Shown here: piece after piece, positions 1-10,163 of the stretch
Layout of the letters: each line of letters starts with the position of its first letter
Numbering within the stretch: the stretch's first letter is position 1
Source of the DNA: an uncultured Acidimicrobiia bacterium
GTDB lineage: Bacteria; Actinomycetota; Acidimicrobiia; IMCC26256; CAWATG01
Assembly: GCA_963785035.1 (NCBI GenBank)
Contig: CAWATG010000001.1
Coordinates: forward strand, 22,744 to 86,743
DNA: 64,000 nucleotides
Reading direction: 5' to 3'
Made by a program: the position numbers and the translations under genes
The notes under the pieces: generated by a model
The model's input: the letters and a program-made list of their open reading frames with translations, nothing else
Told to the model about the DNA's origin: nothing
Database searches by the model: none

Positions 1-901
1 AGAGGAGCGCCTCGGTCTGCAACGCCTCGGGACCGCGATGGAAACGCCGGCGATCGTACGTGCCTTGGAGACGATCGGCAGGGCTGTCTCCGACATGCGG
101 GGCGCGGGTGGCGCGGATCCTCGGTTGGTGCTCGAGGTTGCGCTCGTTCGTCTCGCACGCGGTGAAGCAGGATCGTCGATAGAACGCCTGACGGACCGCC
201 TCGATCGCCTCGAACGACGGCTTTCGGCCAGCACGGAAGTGGTCGTACCCTCAGCCGCGCCGCGGGTAGAGCCTGCGCCGGTCGCTTCGGGCGGCGTCAA
301 ACCGACACTCGGTTCGATTCGGCGAGCGGCAGAGCCGCGACCGGAGCTGTCACCGACAGCGCCCGTGCCGACAGCGCCCGTGCCGACAGCGAATGATGCG
401 ACAGCACCGACCACGCCGGCGAAGGTATCGCCATCAACGGCGCCCGAGCCGTCGCGACCCGTCGAACTCGACGACGTGATCGTCGCCTGGGCGGCGATTC
501 TTCCGACGCTTCCCCCTGCGACGCGCAACGCGGTGCAGGAAGCACAGCCCGTTGCCATGGAAGGCACGGTTGCCGTCTTCGGGATTCCGACGTATCTCCT
601 GGAGGCAGCCAAGCCGCGTTTCAAACGCGAGGCCGAGACGATTCGTACCGAGCTCGCGCGTCGCGTTGGCACAACGCTGCAGTTTCGGATCGTCGCGAAG
701 GATCTCACGTCGACATCCAGTCCGCTTCCGCAGGATGACGGCGGCCCCAGTGATGACGACGGACCAGAGGATATGGACCTCAGTTCCTACGATCCGTCCG
801 AGACGAGCGATGTCCCGCCTGAGGCGGGGCCGGTAGATTCAGTGACGCGCCTCGTCGAAGCGCTCGGTGCGAGCATTGTCGAGGAAGTTCCCCGTACCTG
901 A
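1..901 (+). CDS. dnaX: DNA polymerase III gamma/tau subunit, C-terminal part (5' end outside the window)
   Basis: The frame is open from the window edge. It has a Pro/Ala/Thr-rich linker followed by an acidic C-terminal domain. It lies directly upstream of ybaB-recR, the conserved dnaX-ybaB-recR order. Confidence 0.6.
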   Translation, partial: EERLGLQRLGTAMETPAIVRALETIGRAVSDMRGAGGADPRLVLEVALVRLARGEAGSSIERLTDRLDRLERRLSASTEVVVPSAAPRVEPAPVASGGVKPTLGSIRRAAEPRPELSPTAPVPTAPVPTANDATAPTTPAKVSPSTAPEPSRPVELDDVIVAWAAILPTLPPATRNAVQEAQPVAMEGTVAVFGIPTYLLEAAKPRFKREAETIRTELARRVGTTLQFRIVAKDLTSTSSPLPQDDGGPSDDDGPEDMDLSSYDPSETSDVPPEAGPVDSVTRLVEALGASIVEEVPRT

Positions 902-924
902 GAACCCGCACCCCAGGAGCTGTC

Positions 925-1257
925 GTGGCCAACCAGAAGCAGATGAATCAGATGATGCGCCAGATGCAGAAGATGCAGGCGGATATGGCCGCGGCGCAAG
1001 AGGCCCTCGCCGTCGAGACGGTCGAGGCAACCGCAGGTGGCGGCGCAATCATGGTCACGATGACTGGTGCAGGGGAGCTGCAAGCGATCAAGATCGACCC
1101 GTCCGTCGTCGATCCCGACGATGTTGAGATGCTCGAGGATCTTGTGGTCGCAGCAGTCGCTGAGGGACTGCGCAAGTCGCAGGAGTTGCAGGGCCAGCGC
1201 ATGGGTGCGGTGACAGGTGGCCTCGACCTGGGTTCACTGGGCGGGCTCCTCGGCTGA
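925..1257 (+). CDS. ybaB: YbaB/EbfC family nucleoid-associated protein
   Basis: 110 aa. The N-terminal Q/M-rich helix (MNQMMRQMQKMQADM) and the core GGGAIMVTMTGAGELQAIKIDPSVVDPDDVEMLEDLV are typical of YbaB. The gene sits between dnaX and recR. Confidence 0.9.
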   Translation: MANQKQMNQMMRQMQKMQADMAAAQEALAVETVEATAGGGAIMVTMTGAGELQAIKIDPSVVDPDDVEMLEDLVVAAVAEGLRKSQELQGQRMGAVTGGLDLGSLGGLLG

Positions 1258-1293
1258 GTCCGAGCCCGACGAGCAAGGCGGAACACTTCCTCT

Positions 1294-1899
1294 GTGGCAA
1301 TTTATGAAAAGCCTGTACAGGCACTCATCGACGAGCTTGGTCGTCTGCCGGGCATTGGGCCCAAGTCCGCCCAGCGGATTGCGTTTTACCTGTTGCGCGC
1401 CGAAGCGGTCGATGCCAAGCGTTTGGCGCGGGTCATCGTCGAGGCGAAGGACCGGGTCTCATGGTGTCGACGATGTTTCAACATCGCCGAAGGAGAGCTC
1501 TGCGCCTACTGCCGCGATGACCGCCGTGACGGCCGCTCGATCTGCGTGGTCGAGGATCCCCGGGACATTGTCGCCGTTGAACGAACCAACGAGTTCCGCG
1601 GCCGATATCACGTCCTGCAAGGTGCCATTTCCCCCATCGAAGGCATTGGCGCGGAGCAACTCCGGATCAAGGAACTGATCGCTCGCCTCGGCGTGGAAGA
1701 GACCGAAGAAGTGATCATCGCAACGAATCCGAACATCGAGGGCGAAGCAACGGCGATGTACCTCGGTCGGATGCTCAAGCCTCTCGGAATCCACGTGTCG
1801 CGCCTGGCCAGCGGACTTCCCGTCGGCGGTGACCTCGAGTACGCCGATGAGGTCACCCTCGGGCGTGCCTTTGCCGGTCGTCGCGAGGTCGATGCCTGA
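1294..1899 (+). CDS. recR: recombination protein RecR
   Basis: 201 aa. It has the HhH motif [17 protein letters not shown], a C4 zinc finger (CRRC...CAYC) and Toprim/Walker-like C-terminal regions. Confidence 0.95.
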   Translation: MAIYEKPVQALIDELGRLPGIGPKSAQRIAFYLLRAEAVDAKRLARVIVEAKDRVSWCRRCFNIAEGELCAYCRDDRRDGRSICVVEDPRDIVAVERTNEFRGRYHVLQGAISPIEGIGAEQLRIKELIARLGVEETEEVIIATNPNIEGEATAMYLGRMLKPLGIHVSRLASGLPVGGDLEYADEVTLGRAFAGRREVDA

Positions 1900-2018
1900 T
1901 TGTGGGCCTGATGGGCCTGCCCGGTGAACTGGCCCTTTGTGGAAATGCCTAGGTAGGATCGGGACAAATCGACGTCTGGCAGACGTCGGCAATCATCTGA
2001 CAGTCGTGGGATTCGGGG

Positions 2019-4041
2019 TTGTTTGTGAATCGAAGAGCGAAGTATTCCGGTCGCGTGCGCGGATGTCTGGTCCTTGCAACAACGCTGAGCGTGGTAGGTC
2101 TGCTCGGGGTTTCACCGTCACCGGCGGCGGGCGCTCCCGCCGACAACAGCGTGATGGCCTGGGGAGTCAACACCTCGGGGCAGTTGGGTGATGGCACCAC
2201 AACAGCTCAGTTGAGTCCGGTTCCTGTCGCTGGTCTGGGTACGGGCAGCGGTGTGATCGCCATCAGCAGTGGAGGTTCTCACAACCTGGCTCTGAAGTCG
2301 GATGGTTCGGTCGTTGCCTGGGGTGACAATTCCTTTGGGCAGTTGGGTGATGGAACGAGAACCAATCGGTTGAGTCCGGTGCCGGTGACTGGACTGGGCG
2401 CTGGAAGCGGCGTTGTCGCAGTCGTTGGCGGTCTCTTCCACAGCTTTGCCATCAAGGCGGATGGTTCGGTCGTTGCGTGGGGTTACAACGCCACCGGGCA
2501 GTTGGGTAATGGTTCGGCGACGACCGACGAATTAACGCCGACGCCTGTCACAGGTCTGGGCGCCGGCAGCGGCGTCACCGCGATCAGCGCCGATGGTTAC
2601 CACGCGTTGGCATTGAAGACGGACGGCTCGGTCGTTGCGTGGGGTTACAACGCGTTCGGTCAGCTCGGCGATGGAACGACGAGCGACAAGGCGACTCCGG
2701 TGGCTGTGACAGGCCTCGGCGCCGGAAGCGGTGTCACTGCCGTCAGCGCGAGCGCGTTTCGGAGCATGGTGGTCAAGTCCGATGGTTCGGTTCTCGTTTG
2801 GGGTTCCAACACATTCGGGCAACTGGGTGATGGAACGACGACCACCCGGTTGAGTCCGGTCGCTGTTGTCGGTCTCGGCGCGGGCAGCGGTGTTGTCGGG
2901 ATCAGTATGGGTAAAGAACACACGCTGGTATTGAAATCCGATGGCGCCGTCCTTGCCTGGGGCGACAACCTCTATGGCGAGCTCGGCGATGGGACCACCG
3001 ACGGTCGGTTGAGTCCGGTTGCTGTTGTCGGTCTTGGCGCGGGCAGCGGTGTGACCGCGGTTCGTGCCGGCGTGTATCGAAGCGTGGCGTTGAAGTCCGA
3101 CGGTTCGGTCCTCGCGTGGGGTGCGAACGAATCCGGACAGCTCGGTGATGGGACGATGGCAATGCGGACCACTGCGGTCACCGTCATGGGTTTGCGCGCC
3201 GGCAGCGGTTCGGTAGCGCTCGCGTCGGGTGACCTTCACGGTGTGGTGTTGATGTCCAGTGGCGTATTGGTCCCGGGTAGTTGCACCGCAGGCGTTGGCT
3301 ACCGGTTGACGGCGTCTGATGGTGGGATCTTTTCGTTTGGTGATGCGGTGTTCTTTGGGTCGACGGGTGCGTTGACGTTGAATCAGCCGATTGTTTCGAT
3401 GGCTGCGACGCCGTCGGGCAAGGGGTATTGGTTGACGGCGTCTGATGGTGGGATCTTTTCGTTTGGTGATGCGGTGTTCTTTGGGTCGACGGGTGCGTTG
3501 ACGTTGAATCAGCCGATTGTTTCGATGGCTGCGACGCCGTCGGGCAAGGGGTATTGGTTGACGGCGTCTGATGGTGGGATCTTTTCGTTTGGTGATGCGG
3601 TGTTCTTTGGGTCGACGGGTGCGTTGACGTTGAATCAGCCGATTGTTTCGATGGCTGCGACGCCGTCGGGCAAGGGGTATTGGTTGACGGCGTCTGATGG
3701 TGGGATCTTTTCGTTTGGTGATGCGGTGTTCTTTGGGTCGACGGGTGCGTTGACGTTGAATCAGCCGATTGTTTCGATGGCTGCGACGCCGTCGGGCAAG
3801 GGGTATTGGTTGACGGCGTCTGATGGTGGGATCTTTTCGTTTGGTGATGCGGTGTTCTTTGGGTCGACGGGTGCGTTGACGTTGAATCAGCCGATTGTTT
3901 CGATGGCTGCGACGCCGTCGGGCAAGGGGTATTGGTTGACGGCGTCTGATGGTGGGATCTTTTCGTTTGGTGACGCACTGTTCTGCGGTTCGACGGGTGC
4001 GTTGACGTTGAATCTCCCGATCGTCGCGATCCGCGCGTTAG
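2019..4041 (+). CDS. secreted RCC1-repeat protein with C-terminal 6 x 42-aa [13 protein letters not shown] repeats
   Basis: TTG start and signal-peptide-like N-terminus ([23 protein letters not shown]). Seven WGxNxxGQLGDGT RCC1-type blades are followed by six 42-aa repeats. As assembled, the ORF stays open to 4652, antisense to the thiolase gene. The end at 4041 assumes the out-of-frame TAG at 4039-4041 is the real stop (see findings). Confidence 0.7.
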
Positions 4042-4052
4042 CCCGGAGCATT
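3297..4052 (+). repeat. tandem array of six 126-bp coding units
   Basis: Units start at 3297, 3423, 3549, 3675, 3801 and 3927. Units 2-5 are identical at every base by eye. Unit 1 differs only in its first three codons. Unit 6 diverges after about 50 nt. Confidence 0.95.
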
Positions 4053-5263
4053 CACAGACTGCGCAAGACGGCGGCATCGCCCTGGCCGCCGCCTCCGCAC
4101 AAGGTCGCAACGCCCACCCCGCCGCCACGGCGACGGAGTTCGTTGACCAAGGTCAGAGCTATCCGCGTCCCGGACATGCCAATGGGATGGCCAACGGCAA
4201 CCGCGCCGCCATTGACGTTGACGATCTCGTCGGTCACCCCCAGGTCGGACATGGACGCAAGCACAATGGCTGAGAATGCCTCGTTGATCTCGAAGAGGTC
4301 GACGTCACGCACCGACATTCCCGCACGATCCAGCGCGACCTTCGCGGCGCGGCTGGCCTGGAAGGGAAGGGAGTTGTCCGGTCCTGCGGCCATGCCGAAA
4401 CCCAGGATCTCGGCGATTGGCGATATGCCGAGTTGCTCGGCTTTCTCCTGGCTCGCGACGACAATCGCGGCGCCGCCATCGGAGATCTGGGATGCATTGC
4501 CTGCGGTCAGCGTTCCCCCTGGCGTGAATGCCGGCCGGAGCGCCCCAAGGGACTCGGCGGTGGTGTTGGCCCGGACCCCTTCGTCGACGTCCACGACGAT
4601 CGGGTCGCCTTTTCGTTGGGGGACGGAGACGGGCACGATCTCCTCTTTGTAGCGCCCGGCGGCAACCGCAGCGGCCGCTCGCTGGTGACTTTGGGAAGCG
4701 AAGCGGTCTTGGGACTCGCGACTGACATTTCCGATCTTGGTGAGGCTCGCTTCGGTGCATGAGCCCATGTGCATTGCATCGAAGGAGTCCCACAGGCCGT
4801 CGTTGATCATCGCGTCCAACAAGGTGGCGTCCCCCATGCGAAGGCCTGCTCGAGCGCCCTGCAGGAGGTGCGGTGCGTTTGTCATCGACTCCATGCCACC
4901 TGCGACGACAACGTCAGCATCGCCAGATCGGATCATCTGGTCGGCGAGGTAGAGCGTGTTGAGGCCCGAAAGGCAGACCTTGTTGATCGTGTTGGCGGGG
5001 GTCGACATCGAGATGCCGCCCTTGACCGCTGCCTGACGAGCGGTGATCTGCCCCTGCCCTGCCTGGAGTACATGACCCATGAGGACGTAGTCGATCTGGT
5101 CGCCACCGAGGCCGGCACGTTCGAGCGCTGCGGAGATTGCGCGGCCACCGAGGTCCATCGCCGTCATGGAAGCGAAGGCTCCGGACAGCTTGCCGATCGG
5201 TGTGCGAGCCGACGAGAGAATCACAGAACGAGCCACGGAAGCCTCCAGGGACGGGGATTCCAT
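4052..5263 (-). CDS. acetyl-CoA C-acetyltransferase (thiolase II)
   Basis: Thiolase motifs are present: SSARTPIGK near the N-terminus, the active-site Cys context NKVCLSGL, and the C-terminal [17 protein letters not shown] and CGGGGQG. The ORF is open to 5329. The ATG at 5263 gives a typical N-terminus. Confidence 0.9.
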   Translation of the reverse strand: MESPSLEASVARSVILSSARTPIGKLSGAFASMTAMDLGGRAISAALERAGLGGDQIDYVLMGHVLQAGQGQITARQAAVKGGISMSTPANTINKVCLSGLNTLYLADQMIRSGDADVVVAGGMESMTNAPHLLQGARAGLRMGDATLLDAMINDGLWDSFDAMHMGSCTEASLTKIGNVSRESQDRFASQSHQRAAAAVAAGRYKEEIVPVSVPQRKGDPIVVDVDEGVRANTTAESLGALRPAFTPGGTLTAGNASQISDGGAAIVVASQEKAEQLGISPIAEILGFGMAAGPDNSLPFQASRAAKVALDRAGMSVRDVDLFEINEAFSAIVLASMSDLGVTDEIVNVNGGAVAVGHPIGMSGTRIALTLVNELRRRGGGVGVATLCGGGGQGDAAVLRSL

Positions 5264-5343
5264 CGATCGTACAGGTGCCTCCCCAGTACCGATCGAAGTG
5301 ACAGATCGAGGATTTTCCGATCGGGCCACTAGCGTTTTTCCCT

Positions 5344-6687
5344 GTGACGGACCCCATCGATGCCATCAAGACGGCGATTCTCCAGGGTGCGCCAGGCGAT
5401 CACATTGGCGCTTTGCCGCTCCCGAAGTCCTTCCGGGGCGCCTGTGTGCGAGCCGAGGATCAGGCGATGTTCGAAGGCATGGCCTCCCACGAGAAGGACC
5501 CGAGGCGCTCGATCCATATTGACGAGGTCGCTCTCCCTGAGCTCGCTCCCGACGAGGCATACGTGGCCGTCATGGCGAGTTCGATCAACTTCAACACCGT
5601 CTGGTCGTCGATCTTCGAGCCGATGCCGACGTTCGCATTCCTCAAGCGGCTCGGCCGCGAGAGCGTGTGGGGTCGGCGCCACGATCAGCCGTACCACGTC
5701 ATGGGGTCGGACGCATCCGGAGTGGTTCTACGAACGGGATCGGCGGTGCGTAACTGGAAACCGGGCGACGCCGTAACAGTTCACTGCAACTACATCGACG
5801 ACCAGGACCCGTCGTCACACGACGATTCGATGATGGGTTTGACGCAGCGGATCTGGGGTTACGAATCGAATTTTGGTGGTCTCGGTGAGATCACGGTGGT
5901 GAAGGCCAACCAGCTGATGCCCAAACCCAAGCAGCTCACGTGGGAAGAGGCGGCCGTGAGCGCACTGACCAACTCCACGAGCTATCGCATGATCGTCAGC
6001 CCGAATGGCGCGCAGATGACGCAGGGTCAGACGGTGTTGATCTGGGGCGCAAGCGGAGGCATCGGCGCGTATGCGTGTCAATACGTACTCAACGGTGGGG
6101 GGACACCGGTGGGCGTGGTGTCGTCGCCGGAACGTGCCGCATTGCTCCATGAGATGGGTGTCGACGCCGTCATCGATCGCAGGGCGGAGGGTTACCAGTT
6201 CTGGGACGGCACGGAGCAGAACCCCGCAGAATGGAAACGACTCGGCGCCAAGATCCGCGAGCTGACCGGGAGCGATCCCGACATCGTCTTCGAACATCCA
6301 GGTCGACAGACGATGGGAGCGTCGGTTTTCGTTGCGAAGCGCGGGGGCATGATCATCACGTGTGCCGCGACGAGTGGGTTCATGATCGAGTATGACAATC
6401 GGTATCTCTGGATGAACCTCAAGACGCTGAAGGGATCCCATTTTGCGAACTATCGCGAGGCATGGGATGCGAACAAGGCGATCTGCGATGGCACCGTGTT
6501 CCCGACGTTGTCTCGTTCGTTCGCTCTTGAACAGTCTGGCGATGCCGCGTACGAGGTACATCAGAATCTGCACGAGGGAAAGCTCGCCGTTCTGGTCCTT
6601 GCACCTGGAGAGGGTCTCGGTGTGACCGACCCCGAAGCACGCGGAGCCCAACTCGATCGGATCACTTTGTTCAGGAGACACCAATGA
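5344..6687 (+). CDS. ccr: crotonyl-CoA carboxylase/reductase
   Basis: 447 aa, collinear with Ccr sequences I recall. Shared stretches include DPRRSIHIDEVALPELAPDEAYVAVMASSINFNTVWSSIFEP, RIWGYESNFGGL, YDNRYLWMNLKTLKGSHFANYREAW and HEGKLAVLVLAP. Confidence 0.9.
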   Translation: MTDPIDAIKTAILQGAPGDHIGALPLPKSFRGACVRAEDQAMFEGMASHEKDPRRSIHIDEVALPELAPDEAYVAVMASSINFNTVWSSIFEPMPTFAFLKRLGRESVWGRRHDQPYHVMGSDASGVVLRTGSAVRNWKPGDAVTVHCNYIDDQDPSSHDDSMMGLTQRIWGYESNFGGLGEITVVKANQLMPKPKQLTWEEAAVSALTNSTSYRMIVSPNGAQMTQGQTVLIWGASGGIGAYACQYVLNGGGTPVGVVSSPERAALLHEMGVDAVIDRRAEGYQFWDGTEQNPAEWKRLGAKIRELTGSDPDIVFEHPGRQTMGASVFVAKRGGMIITCAATSGFMIEYDNRYLWMNLKTLKGSHFANYREAWDANKAICDGTVFPTLSRSFALEQSGDAAYEVHQNLHEGKLAVLVLAPGEGLGVTDPEARGAQLDRITLFRRHQ

Positions 6688-7085
6688 TGCTCACCGAAAT
6701 CGATCACGTCGCCATTGCGGTCAGGGACCTCGACGCGTCCATCGAATACTACGAACGTGTCTATGACGCGACCGTGGATCATCGCGAACGCGTTGAGAAG
6801 GACGGGGTCGAAGAGGCGCTTCTCAAGGTCGCGGAGTCCTACGTGCAACTCTTGATGCCCTTCCGCGATGACTCACCCGTGGCGAAGTTCCTGGAGAACA
6901 AGGGTGAGGGACTGCATCATCTCGGGTACCGAGTACGCGATATCGCGACGGCACTCGAACAGGTGAAGGCGCAGGGTCAACGTGTGATCGATGAGGTACC
7001 CCGGCCCGGGAGCCGCGGGACGACCGTCGCTTTTATCCACCCGAAGGGCGGACTTGGCGTCCTGATCGAGCTGGTCCAGGAATAG
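6684..7085 (+). CDS. methylmalonyl-CoA/ethylmalonyl-CoA epimerase (VOC/glyoxalase fold)
   Basis: 133 aa with IDHVAIAVRDLDASIEYY, GEGLHHLGY and HPKGGLGVLIELVQ. The ATGA start/stop overlap couples it to ccr. Confidence 0.85.
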   Translation: MMLTEIDHVAIAVRDLDASIEYYERVYDATVDHRERVEKDGVEEALLKVAESYVQLLMPFRDDSPVAKFLENKGEGLHHLGYRVRDIATALEQVKAQGQRVIDEVPRPGSRGTTVAFIHPKGGLGVLIELVQE

Positions 7086-7118
7086 CTGGGCCGCCGGGGC
7101 CGCATTACCCTTGTCCGG

Positions 7119-8744
7119 ATGGCCATCGAAGAGACGGACGAAATTCTGGGCGAAGCCGGCGGCGCTGGTGGTGTCCCGGTCATTCCAGTGCCACATCCGA
7201 TTGAAGAGCGCCTCAGCAAGCTTGCCGAGCTGCGCACCAAGGCAATGCACGCAGGAAGCCCTGCGGCGGTGGAACGCCAGCATGAACGCGGCAAGCTCAC
7301 TGCACGTGAGCGCCTTGATCTGTTGTTGGACCCTGGGTCGTTCGTCGAACTCGACATGCTCGCCCGCCACCGTGCGCACGGCTTCGGCATCGAGAACACG
7401 CGTCCTCTCACCGACGGAGTTGTGACCGGCTGGGGCACGATCGGCGGTCGCAAGGTCATGGTGTTCTCCCAGGACTTCACGGTTTTCGGGGGCGCTCTCG
7501 GTGAGGTATTCGCCGAGAAGATCCACAAGGTGATGGACCTTGCCGAGTCTGTGGGTGTGCCGATGATCGGCATCAATGACGGTGCCGGTGCGCGAATTCA
7601 AGAAGGCGTTGTATCGCTCGCCAGCTACGGCGGCATTTTCCACCGCAACGTGAAGGCATCCGGGGTGATCCCGCAAATCAGCGTCATCATGGGACCATGC
7701 GCCGGCGGTGCGGTCTATTCGCCCGCGATGACCGACTTCATCTTCATGGTCCGCGGAACGTCGCACATGTTCATCACCGGACCTGATGTCGTCAAGACGG
7801 TCACCGGCGAGGATGTCACGCAGGAAGAACTTGGCGGGGCGATGACCCACGCCTCGAAATCCGGAGTTGCCGCGTTCGTCGCGCCGGACGAGTATGCGTG
7901 CCTGGAGCAGGTGCGATACCTCATGTCGTTCCTGCCTGCGAACAACTTGGAGGATCCGCCGAGTTTCGCCTCCAACGACGACCCTGAGCGTCGTTGCGAA
8001 ACGATTGTCGACCTGATTCCCGATGCACCGAACAAGCCCTATGACATGAAGAAGGTCATCGCGGAAGTTGTCGATGATGGCGATTTCTTCGAGGTCAACG
8101 CGATGTGGGCGATGAACATCGTGTGCGGTTTCAGCAGGATCGATGGGCACGTGGTCGGCATTGTCGGGAACCAGCCCGAGGTGTTGGCAGGCTGCCTGGA
8201 TATCGATGCTTCCGAGAAAGCAGCGCGCTTCGTCCGCACCTGCGATGCATTCAACATTCCGCTGGTCACATTTGTCGATGTGCCAGGATTCCTCCCGGGA
8301 ACGGACCAGGAATACGGTGGCATCATCCGTCACGGCGCCAAGTTGCTCTACGCGTATTGCGAGGCGACAACGCCGCGGGTACAGATCGTGACCCGCAAGG
8401 CGTACGGCGGTGCGTACGTGGTGATGAACTCGAAGTCGATCGGCGCGGATCTCGCGTTTGCCTGGCCTTCCGCTGAGCTCGCGGTCATGGGCGCGCAGGG
8501 CGCGGTCAACATCCTGTATCGCCGTGATCTGCAAAGCTCGGAGGACCCCGATGCGCGCCGCGCTGAGCTTGTCGAGGAGTACACCGAACGTTTCGCGAAC
8601 CCGTACAACGCGGCAGAGCGCGGCTATATCGACGACGTGATTGATCCGCGTGAAACGCGCCGCGTGCTCGTGCGGTCGCTTGAGCTCCTCCGCAGCAAGA
8701 AGGAGAAGTTGCCGCAGCGCAAGCACGGAAACGTTCCGCTGTGA
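7119..8744 (+). CDS. pccB: propionyl-CoA/acyl-CoA carboxylase carboxyltransferase beta subunit
   Basis: 541 aa with [25 protein letters not shown], the [16 protein letters not shown] motif, and [12 protein letters not shown]. Confidence 0.9.
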   Translation: MAIEETDEILGEAGGAGGVPVIPVPHPIEERLSKLAELRTKAMHAGSPAAVERQHERGKLTARERLDLLLDPGSFVELDMLARHRAHGFGIENTRPLTDGVVTGWGTIGGRKVMVFSQDFTVFGGALGEVFAEKIHKVMDLAESVGVPMIGINDGAGARIQEGVVSLASYGGIFHRNVKASGVIPQISVIMGPCAGGAVYSPAMTDFIFMVRGTSHMFITGPDVVKTVTGEDVTQEELGGAMTHASKSGVAAFVAPDEYACLEQVRYLMSFLPANNLEDPPSFASNDDPERRCETIVDLIPDAPNKPYDMKKVIAEVVDDGDFFEVNAMWAMNIVCGFSRIDGHVVGIVGNQPEVLAGCLDIDASEKAARFVRTCDAFNIPLVTFVDVPGFLPGTDQEYGGIIRHGAKLLYAYCEATTPRVQIVTRKAYGGAYVVMNSKSIGADLAFAWPSAELAVMGAQGAVNILYRRDLQSSEDPDARRAELVEEYTERFANPYNAAERGYIDDVIDPRETRRVLVRSLELLRSKKEKLPQRKHGNVPL

Positions 8745-8980
8745 GCCAGCCGGTATTGCGCTCGATTTCCCCCGAAGCCACGGCAGAGGAGGCCGCCGCG
8801 ATCGTGGCGGCAATCAGCCTGCTGGTTGCGCAACGCGGTTCAGGATCTGCGGGTGACGACGCCGAAAACGATTCGATGAGCCCCTGGGTGATGGCGTCGC
8901 GACTCTCTGTGCGCCGCGGCGGGATGGTACGGGGCTCGTGGCGCCTTTCGGGACGTATAGGTCGGCGTACGAGGGCCTGA
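8741..8980 (+). CDS. acyl-CoA carboxylase epsilon subunit-like small protein
   Basis: 79 aa. Its GTGA start overlaps the pccB stop. The N-terminus [23 protein letters not shown] resembles actinobacterial AccE/PccE. Confidence 0.55.
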   Translation: MSQPVLRSISPEATAEEAAAIVAAISLLVAQRGSGSAGDDAENDSMSPWVMASRLSVRRGGMVRGSWRLSGRIGRRTRA

Positions 8981-9018
8981 GACAGTCCCGAGCAGGGAGG
9001 TCCTTCGGCGTCGATCGG

Positions 9019-10155
9019 ATGCGATACGGTCGGTTGGTGCCTTCTGTCGAGCATCCGGAACTCACCAGCGTCGGTCCTCATGAGGTGGTCATCACGTTCA
9101 CTGGCCCTGTCGGCAGCCCGGTGACGACCCGTGTGGGCGATCAGGAGATCACGACGGTCGGGCCGCATCACGTTGCCACGATCACGGGACTCGAGCCGGC
9201 GACGCGTTACGACCTCGAGGTGGAGGGTGCGGCACACGATACGTACCTCCCGGCGTCGATCACGACCTTGGCGCGGCCGGCTGGACGACTCCTCGCCACC
9301 ATCGCCACTGCGAACGATGTCCATTTCGGTGAGACCGAATGCGGGAATCTTCACGGTGTCCCGGAGGACGACATTCATCGAGTGCTTCGATCGGAGCCGG
9401 GCGAGCCTCCATATCCGGAGGTCATGAACGGTGCAGTGATCGACGCGATGCGTGCCTTCGATCCCACTGCGGTGGTGGTCAAAGGCGACCTCACCGATGT
9501 CGGCAGCGTCGAGCAGTACGAGAGTTTTCTCGGCGCCTATGGCGTGCTGGGTCAGAGGATGCGCCACGTGCGAGGCAATCATGATGCGATGATTGACCCG
9601 GCAATGGTTGCAGCGGGCGCGCCGTTCGCGATCGATCTCCCCGGCGTCACACTTGCGGTCCTCGACACGGTGATACCCGGGAGTGATCGTGGACAACTCG
9701 ACGTCGAGCAGATCCACTTCCTCGGTGAGCTTGCCTCACAGCGAACCGGACCTGTGTTGGTGTTCGGTCACCATCATCCATGGAACGTTGACTCCCAAAC
9801 GCGAGACGAGGCGTACTTCGGTATCAATCCGGATGACAGTGACCGCCTCGTCGATCTCTACGAGAGCCATGAGAACCTCGTTGGGTACTTTGCGGGACAC
9901 ACGCACCGCAATCGTGTGCGGCGGTTCGGTCGTAGTCGCGACATTCCCTTTGTCGAGGTCGGATGTACGAAGGATTATCCGGGCGCGTGGGGTGAATATC
10001 ACATCTATGAAGGCGGGTACACGCAGGTTGTTCGCCGCGCGGCAACGCCTGCGGCATTGGACTGGGCCGACAAGACGCGACTGATGTTCTGGGGTCTCTA
10101 TCGCGACTACGCGCTTGGTTCGTTGGAAGATCGGTGCTTTACACAAAGGTGGTGA
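9019..10155 (+). CDS. metallophosphoesterase (calcineurin-like) with N-terminal Fn3/PAP-like domain
   Basis: Motifs GDLTD, GNHD, GHHHPW and GHTHRN are present. The ORF is open from 8938. The ATG at 9019 avoids overlap with the accE-like gene. Confidence 0.75.
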   Translation: MRYGRLVPSVEHPELTSVGPHEVVITFTGPVGSPVTTRVGDQEITTVGPHHVATITGLEPATRYDLEVEGAAHDTYLPASITTLARPAGRLLATIATANDVHFGETECGNLHGVPEDDIHRVLRSEPGEPPYPEVMNGAVIDAMRAFDPTAVVVKGDLTDVGSVEQYESFLGAYGVLGQRMRHVRGNHDAMIDPAMVAAGAPFAIDLPGVTLAVLDTVIPGSDRGQLDVEQIHFLGELASQRTGPVLVFGHHHPWNVDSQTRDEAYFGINPDDSDRLVDLYESHENLVGYFAGHTHRNRVRRFGRSRDIPFVEVGCTKDYPGAWGEYHIYEGGYTQVVRRAATPAALDWADKTRLMFWGLYRDYALGSLEDRCFTQRW

Positions 10156-10163
10156 GTCTCTCC

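Noticed and set aside
3297-4052. Possible CRISPR array (regular direct repeats)
   Set aside because: The units are contiguous, with no spacers. They are 126 bp long, in frame and protein-coding. No cas genes are present.
3184-4128. A 314-aa minus-strand ORF with striking [42 protein letters not shown] repeats
   Set aside because: It is the reverse-complement reading of the 126-bp tandem array. The plus-strand reading gives a propeller-like repeat that is conserved in a second gene, so the minus ORF is a by-product.
6873-8813. 646-aa minus-strand ORF
   Set aside because: It is fully antisense to the well-supported pccB and epimerase genes. Its composition is Arg/His/Asp-rich and typical of GC-rich antisense frames.
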